Virus record (IMG/VR): IMGVR_UViG_2778261035_000005 | Direction: 5' to 3' (one strand) | DNA: 64,000 bases | Source of the DNA: a virus | Taxonomy: Duplodnaviria; Heunggongvirae; Uroviricota; Caudoviricetes | Part shown: positions 58,717 to 64,000 of the stretch, piece after piece | Position numbering within the stretch: the stretch's first letter is position 1 | Layout: every line of letters starts with the position of its first letter | Position numbers and translations under genes: made by a program | Notes under the pieces: generated by a model | Database searches by the model: none | What the model was told of the DNA's origin: nothing | The model's input: only the letters and a program-made list of their open reading frames with translations

Positions 58717-59369
58717 TGACCACCGTTAACAATAAGAAATGCTACCCAAGCGAGAAATATCTTAATGAGCTGATCACCAACATTGAGTTTGCTGCAAGGG
58801 CACCAGTTGAAGTCGTGAGAGCGATTGCAGCAGAGCTACAGAAGCACCGTAAGGCCTATGCCAATACAGCCGCATCTAAGGATGGTTGGATAAGCTGTAG
58901 TGAGCGAATGCCTGTAATTGGCGAGCTAAATTGGAGAACTAGTTTTCCTTTACTGGTTACGTGTGAGATCGGCGTTATACCTGCTTATTACGGCTTTGTG
59001 AGTGTTAATGGTGATAGGCATTATGGCTTTATGGAGAGTCTTAAATACGGAGACGATAACGGCAACCATCCTCAAACTAATGAATATGGTCTGATTAGCA
59101 ATGTCACACACTGGATGCCACTACCAGAACGCCGCAGGAGTCGAACAGTGAATAATGCAGAGTTATTTCAGAAAATATCGGCTCTCGCGACTGAATGCCA
59201 CGCTATAGCATCTGAGCTTGATGTTGGCGATGAACGAACCGAGATGTTCGAAATATACAGTGTGCTGCGCAATCTCTGTCGGCGTGGCTACGCCACTCAA
59301 GTAGGGCGAATGACTAACCCACTACTCTCATCCTGTGATGAGGATGACTCGGATGAGGATGACGAATGA
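58716..59369 (+). CDS. hypothetical protein, DUF551-like
   Basis: W..CSERMP ... THWMPLPE pattern; acidic C-terminal tail. Confidence 0.45.
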   Translation: MTTVNNKKCYPSEKYLNELITNIEFAARAPVEVVRAIAAELQKHRKAYANTAASKDGWISCSERMPVIGELNWRTSFPLLVTCEIGVIPAYYGFVSVNGDRHYGFMESLKYGDDNGNHPQTNEYGLISNVTHWMPLPERRRSRTVNNAELFQKISALATECHAIASELDVGDERTEMFEIYSVLRNLCRRGYATQVGRMTNPLLSSCDEDDSDEDDE

Positions 59370-59749
59370 TGCATAAATCAGTAGCCGGTGAGTTTCAGAA
59401 GGAAGTCGATAATACCACTGATCTATTGGACGATATTTTAAGCATTCTCGCGCTGCTTGAGGCTGGCGATTGGTCAGAACATTGCACTAAAACAGAGCTA
59501 GGCGGTCGGCTTGAAAGAGAGATTACACGACTGATTAGCGATGCCCAAAATGATTTGTCACCTGAGCATCTCCCCTGCGATGTAGTTCTTGTGCCAGGGA
59601 TGAGGATACACGAAGGCGTCAGAACGAAAACATTATTAACCGCATTACAGAGAAGAGTCGAACTAAGCTCGCGGATAAAGTTGATGCCATCCAAAATATT
59701 TGATGTCGTCAAATTTACGCCATCGCAACATACTGAGAGAGATAAATGA
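59366..59749 (+). CDS. hypothetical protein
   Basis: ORF track; overlapping start/stop. Confidence 0.45.
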   Translation: MMHKSVAGEFQKEVDNTTDLLDDILSILALLEAGDWSEHCTKTELGGRLEREITRLISDAQNDLSPEHLPCDVVLVPGMRIHEGVRTKTLLTALQRRVELSSRIKLMPSKIFDVVKFTPSQHTERDK

Positions 59750-60378
59750 GCACGGTAGCGAAAGATCTCACAGAAGATATTCTCAATGAAATTATTGCTG
59801 GTGCAAATACCTCGCTTGAGCAACTTCTTGCGTTAGCACTGAGAGCCGAACGTCGAGACAGAAATCGTTTTTATGAGCGATTACCAGGGAAGCGACCAGA
59901 TAGATCGGATGAAGAAGGTTGCGATATAGACTACATGGAGCCTTCAGAGATTTATCAACTTGGTAAAGATGACGGCTGGAACGCTTATCACGATGCTGTG
60001 ATGAAGTTGGATGAAAAAGTTAAACCTCTTTCTCGACCGGTAGATCACGGTTTCCGCGATAACTGCGAATGCTCTAGTTGCCAGACCACGGCCCGTATTT
60101 GTTCCGAATTGACAGATAAGTCCAGCCTAATCTACGAAGTTAATGTAGGCGGTAATACATGGGTCGAATGCACAAGAGCTGCATACGTAAGAGCAAAAGA
60201 CAAGGGTGAATTAACCAGAGTTGTTGCCCATCACCCAAATAATGAGCTTAAAGATCACCAGATTAGAGAACTGGTGAACGAGTTGCGGGATATTGCGGTT
60301 CAGTACCACGGAACGCAGCAATTGCGGGAGAAAATTGCCAGAGCAGTGAACAACTCAATTAGATCAGAAAGTATGTAG
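59746..60378 (+). CDS. hypothetical protein
   Basis: ORF track; last gene of the plus-strand block. Confidence 0.5.
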   Translation: MSTVAKDLTEDILNEIIAGANTSLEQLLALALRAERRDRNRFYERLPGKRPDRSDEEGCDIDYMEPSEIYQLGKDDGWNAYHDAVMKLDEKVKPLSRPVDHGFRDNCECSSCQTTARICSELTDKSSLIYEVNVGGNTWVECTRAAYVRAKDKGELTRVVAHHPNNELKDHQIRELVNELRDIAVQYHGTQQLREKIARAVNNSIRSESM

Positions 60379-60781
60379 TCAATACAATAAAATGGCCCCA
60401 TTTGGATGGGGCCGGTAACAACTAGCATTATGGGCGCTGGTTGACGTACTCAATGATCGCTTCGATGATTGCGAACATAGGCGGCACGATTTTGAAAAGT
60501 AAGTTAAGCACTATAGGCCTCACTTAGTTTTATCGCACCTAGCTGCAAATACCTTTGAGCTTGCCTTTGCAGTTGCAATATCTGTAGTCGCCAGATACTT
60601 ACGGCACGATTTCGAGTTAAGGTAAGGTTTTAGAGTCACCAAAAACCTGGACTTAAATCTTCTTTGAGAACAACGATGTTTGGTAAATGGTCATTATTAC
60701 CTAGCATGACGGCTCAACGTTTCTTGATGAATCCAGTACATTCGGTTAATCTTAGCTCAGTCGCCAGATACTTATGGCTCA

Positions 60782-60852
60782 GGAACAGAGGCGCAAACTC
60801 TGTTTCCTTTTAAAAAGCCCAGCCTAGTCAACTGGGCTTTTTAATGTCCGTT
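60782..60852 (+). terminator. tandem intrinsic terminators closing an ORF-free region
   Basis: ggaacagag-gcgcaaa-ctctgtttcc-tttt and agcccag-cctagtcaa-ctgggct-ttttt. Confidence 0.6.
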
Positions 60853-61137
60853 TTTAACCAAATGTACCCACAATACCGCAACATCAGTGTCTTGCGAATT
60901 AAGATAGGATTTATAGAGACTATGTGCAAGTGCATAACTTTGTGGATAACTCGTAAAGGAAAAAGTGGTTTCCGCGGACATTAGTTCAGACAAGGAGTCT
61001 GGGAAAGTCAATGGGAAGTAAAAATTTGTTAAAAATAACGTTTGTTGGAATTGTATATATTTATGCCTTTCAATAGTTAGCATCTTATTAACATCTTTTT
61101 TAAGAGATAGAGTTCAAAAATATATAGCTTCAACATA

Positions 61138-61157
61138 TACTGTATGCATATACAGTA
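61138..61157. promoter_or_regulatory. LexA (SOS) box
   Basis: TACTGTATGCATATACAGTA, perfect CTGT-N8-ACAG, 17 bp upstream of the umuD'-like ATG. Confidence 0.75.
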
Positions 61158-61173
61158 TTAAGAGGCGAGTATT

Positions 61174-61563
61174 ATGGGCTTCCCTTCTCCTGCGGCGGAT
61201 TATGCTGAGAGCCGTATTTCTCTTGATCAGCAGATAATTAGACATCCTTCAGCGACCTACTTCATGAGGGCAGCTGATAGTCATCATCGTGAGGGAATAT
61301 TACAGGGTGCATTGCTGGTGGTCGATTCCTCACTTACCCCGGTTGATGGTTCTCTGCTTGTATGCGCTCTGGATGGGGAATATCGCGTAAAAAGATACCG
61401 GAAGTATCCACGTCAGCATCTGGAGGATTTAAGAACCGGTAAGAAGGAAGCATTGCCAAAGGATGACGATGGATGCACGGGCAGCAATGCCGTGTTTGGT
61501 GTGATCACTCACATTATCAACGACGCAAGAAGTGGCGAGTTTGATGATTGTCCCGTGATGTAG
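61174..61563 (+). CDS. UmuD'-like protein (S24 peptidase fold, begins at the position of the UmuD cleavage site)
   Basis: GFPSPAADYAESRISLDQQIIRHPSATYF aligns to UmuD from the cleavage-site Gly; Ser and Lys catalytic positions present; LexA box upstream. Confidence 0.8.
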   Translation: MGFPSPAADYAESRISLDQQIIRHPSATYFMRAADSHHREGILQGALLVVDSSLTPVDGSLLVCALDGEYRVKRYRKYPRQHLEDLRTGKKEALPKDDDGCTGSNAVFGVITHIINDARSGEFDDCPVM

Positions 61564-61575
61564 GAGAACTGATTA

Positions 61576-61599
61576 GGCGGTGCAATGCACCGCCTTTTT
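61576..61599 (+). terminator. intrinsic terminator
   Basis: ggcggtgc-aat-gcaccgcc-ttttt; abuts the apbC stop codon. Confidence 0.6.
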
Positions 61600-61600
61600 A

Positions 61601-62701
61601 TCACACTGCGCGGAATGCGATTTCGCCAGGTATTACTTCACCTTGCCAATACATTTGGGCAGCAACGCGATCTGCGAGGTCACGATAAATAGCCGTAAAT
61701 TCGCTATCTGGACGACTAATAACGGTTGGTGTTCCGTTATCCAGATCTTCACGAAGAGAGATATGAAGTGGCATTTGGCCTAACAACTGCGTGTTGTATT
61801 TCTCGGCCAGTTTCTGTGCGCCACCGGTGCCAAAAATTGGCTCGTGATGACCGCAGTTACTGCAAATATGCACACTCATGTTTTCGACGATACCCAGTAC
61901 CGGCACTTCGACTTTTTCGAACATCACAATGCCTTTCTTCGCATCGATCAGCGCGATGTCTTGCGGCGTAGTTACCACAACCGCACCAGTTACAGGAATG
62001 TTCTGCGCCAGCGTCAACTGAATATCACCAGTGCCCGGCGGCATATCGAGAACGAGATAGTCCAGATCAGGCCACAGTGTTTCCTGCAACATCTGCATCA
62101 GCGCCTTGCTGGCCATCGGTCCACGCCACACCATTGCATTGTCGTCGGTGACCAGATAGCCAATTGAATTGGTTGCCAGGCCATGAGACATGATAGGTGC
62201 CATGTGAGTACCGTCCGGTGAGGTTGGACGTTGGTTTTCCGCGCCCAGCATGGTTGGAATTGATGGCCCGTAGATATCGGCATCCAGAATACCAACTTTC
62301 GCACCTTCAGCCGCCAGCGCCAGCGCCAGGTTTACCGCCGTGGAGGATTTACCCACGCCGCCTTTACCGGAGCTGACCGCAATGATGTTCTTCACGCCAT
62401 TAATGCCTGGTTGGTTTTTGACGCGCTTAAGCGTGGCAATGTTGTACGACAGCTTCCAGTCAATAGCCTTTGCGCCAGTGATACGGAGCAGATCACCACT
62501 ACATTGCTCTTTCAGGTCTTCAAAAGACTTATTCCACACGAAAGGCATGATTAGTTCGACATGCAGTGTGTCATCCATCAACGCAACATGGTGTAACGCT
62601 TTAAGCGTAGTCAGGTTGTGTTTCAGGGTTGGGTGCTGAAAATTAGCCAGCGTACCGGCTACCATTGCTCTCAGGGCATCCGGCGATTTGGACTCGCTCA
62701 T
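61601..62701 (-). CDS. apbC: iron-sulfur cluster carrier ATPase ApbC/Mrp (chromosomal)
   Basis: near-identical to enterobacterial Mrp as recalled: SSGKGGVGKSSTAVNLALALA, CSNCGHHEPIFG. Confidence 0.95.
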   Translation of the reverse strand: MSESKSPDALRAMVAGTLANFQHPTLKHNLTTLKALHHVALMDDTLHVELIMPFVWNKSFEDLKEQCSGDLLRITGAKAIDWKLSYNIATLKRVKNQPGINGVKNIIAVSSGKGGVGKSSTAVNLALALAAEGAKVGILDADIYGPSIPTMLGAENQRPTSPDGTHMAPIMSHGLATNSIGYLVTDDNAMVWRGPMASKALMQMLQETLWPDLDYLVLDMPPGTGDIQLTLAQNIPVTGAVVVTTPQDIALIDAKKGIVMFEKVEVPVLGIVENMSVHICSNCGHHEPIFGTGGAQKLAEKYNTQLLGQMPLHISLREDLDNGTPTVISRPDSEFTAIYRDLADRVAAQMYWQGEVIPGEIAFRAV

Positions 62702-62858
62702 CCCGTCTCCTTTATTTTAATTTGCGCAATTGTCGCCTTGTAGTGTACTCCAGCTACGACATTTAATCATTTATGAGAAATGCTGTTATCACATGGCAGA
62801 CATAAGGCCATTTTGTTACTATCAAGCCCCTTTTCACTACAAAGAAGTAATGCCTACT

Positions 62859-64000
62859 ATGACCCAAGTCGCGAAGAAAATTCTGGTGACGTGCGCGCTG
62901 CCGTACGCTAACGGCTCAATCCACCTCGGCCATATGCTGGAGCACATCCAGGCTGATGTCTGGGTTCGTTACCAGCGAATGCGCGGCCACGAGGTTAATT
63001 TCATCTGTGCCGACGATGCCCACGGCACACCGATCATGCTGAAAGCACAGCAGCTTGGTATCACACCGGAACAGATGATTGGCGAAATGAGTCAGGAACA
63101 CCAGACTGATTTTGCAGGCTTTAACATCAGCTATGACAACTATCACTCGACGCACAGCGAAGAGAACCGTCAGTTGTCCGAGCTTATCTATACTCGCCTG
63201 AAAGAGAACGGTTTTATTAAAAACCGCACCATCTCTCAGCTGTACGATCCGGAAAAAGGCATGTTCCTGCCGGACCGTTTTGTGAAAGGCACCTGCCCGA
63301 AATGTAAAGCACCGGATCAATACGGCGATAACTGTGAAGTCTGCGGCGCTACTTACAGCCCGACTGAACTGATCGAGCCGAAATCGGTAGTTTCTGGTGC
63401 TACGCCGGTAATGCGTGATTCCGAACACTTCTTCTTTGATCTGCCTTCTTTCAGCGAAATGTTGCAGGCATGGACCCGCAGCGGTGCGTTGCAGGAGCAG
63501 GTGGCAAACAAAATGCAGGAGTGGTTTGAATCTGGCCTGCAACAGTGGGATATCTCCCGCGATGCGCCGTACTTCGGTTTTGAAATTCCGAACGCACCGG
63601 GCAAATATTTCTACGTCTGGCTGGACGCGCCGATTGGCTACATGGGTTCCTTCAAGAATCTGTGCGACAAACGCGGCGACACTACCAGCTTCGACGAATA
63701 CTGGAAGAAAGACTCCACCGCCGAGCTGTACCACTTCATCGGTAAAGATATCGTTTACTTCCACAGCCTGTTCTGGCCTGCCATGCTGGAAGGCAGCAAT
63801 TTCCGCAAGCCGACCAACCTGTTTGTTCATGGCTATGTGACGGTGAACGGTGCGAAGATGTCCAAGTCTCGCGGCACCTTTATTAAAGCCAGCACCTGGC
63901 TGAATCATTTTGACGCTGACAGCCTGCGTTACTACTACACTGCGAAACTCTCTTCGCGCATTGATGATATCGATCTCAACCTGGAGGATTTCGTTCAGCG
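62859..64000 (+). CDS. metG: methionine--tRNA ligase, 5' portion (runs off window end)
   Basis: [44 protein letters not shown] (HIGH motif), zinc knuckle CPKC...CEVCG; no stop within window. Confidence 0.95.
   Translation, partial: MTQVAKKILVTCALPYANGSIHLGHMLEHIQADVWVRYQRMRGHEVNFICADDAHGTPIMLKAQQLGITPEQMIGEMSQEHQTDFAGFNISYDNYHSTHSEENRQLSELIYTRLKENGFIKNRTISQLYDPEKGMFLPDRFVKGTCPKCKAPDQYGDNCEVCGATYSPTELIEPKSVVSGATPVMRDSEHFFFDLPSFSEMLQAWTRSGALQEQVANKMQEWFESGLQQWDISRDAPYFGFEIPNAPGKYFYVWLDAPIGYMGSFKNLCDKRGDTTSFDEYWKKDSTAELYHFIGKDIVYFHSLFWPAMLEGSNFRKPTNLFVHGYVTVNGAKMSKSRGTFIKASTWLNHFDADSLRYYYTAKLSSRIDDIDLNLEDFVQ

Noticed and set aside
60841-61083. Minus-strand ORF (80 aa) in ORF track
   Set aside because: Its 3' end overlaps the terminator hairpin, it has no SD, and it lies in A+T-rich promoter DNA of the LexA-box gene; likely spurious.

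Overview
About 61.5 kb of this window is a densely packed, almost entirely plus-strand-coded temperate phage / phage-plasmid-like element; the last ~2.4 kb are chromosomal apbC(mrp) and metG of an Escherichia-like host. The element carries a large replication and nucleotide-metabolism module (DnaB-family helicase, primase, ATP-dependent ligase, DnaE-type polymerase plus a separate DnaQ-like exonuclease, gp32-like SSB, flap endonuclease, RecA homologue, SbcCD, RuvC-like resolvase, NrdAB, ThyA, DHFR, RNase HI), CobS/CobT-like genes, two adenine methyltransferases with no visible endonuclease, three element-encoded tRNAs (Asn, Thr, Ser), an iteron-flanked RepA replicon with a GATC-rich origin, a tyrosine recombinase with a lox-like palindrome, an XRE-family regulator and a LexA-box-controlled UmuD'-like gene. 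The gene content resembles what I recall for SSU5/pHCM2-type phage-plasmids with several P1-like traits, but this is from memory and unverified. The most unusual signals are: directly repeated copies of one recombinase-site arm partitioning a cargo region (tRNAs, an A+T-rich membrane protein, glutaredoxin); a stand-alone ClpX zinc-binding-domain homologue; A+T-rich minus-strand genes that look like defence or anti-defence cargo; a genome-wide palindromic operator-like motif; and two ORF-free structured regions. All calls were made by eye from the sequence and ORF track; no searches were run.
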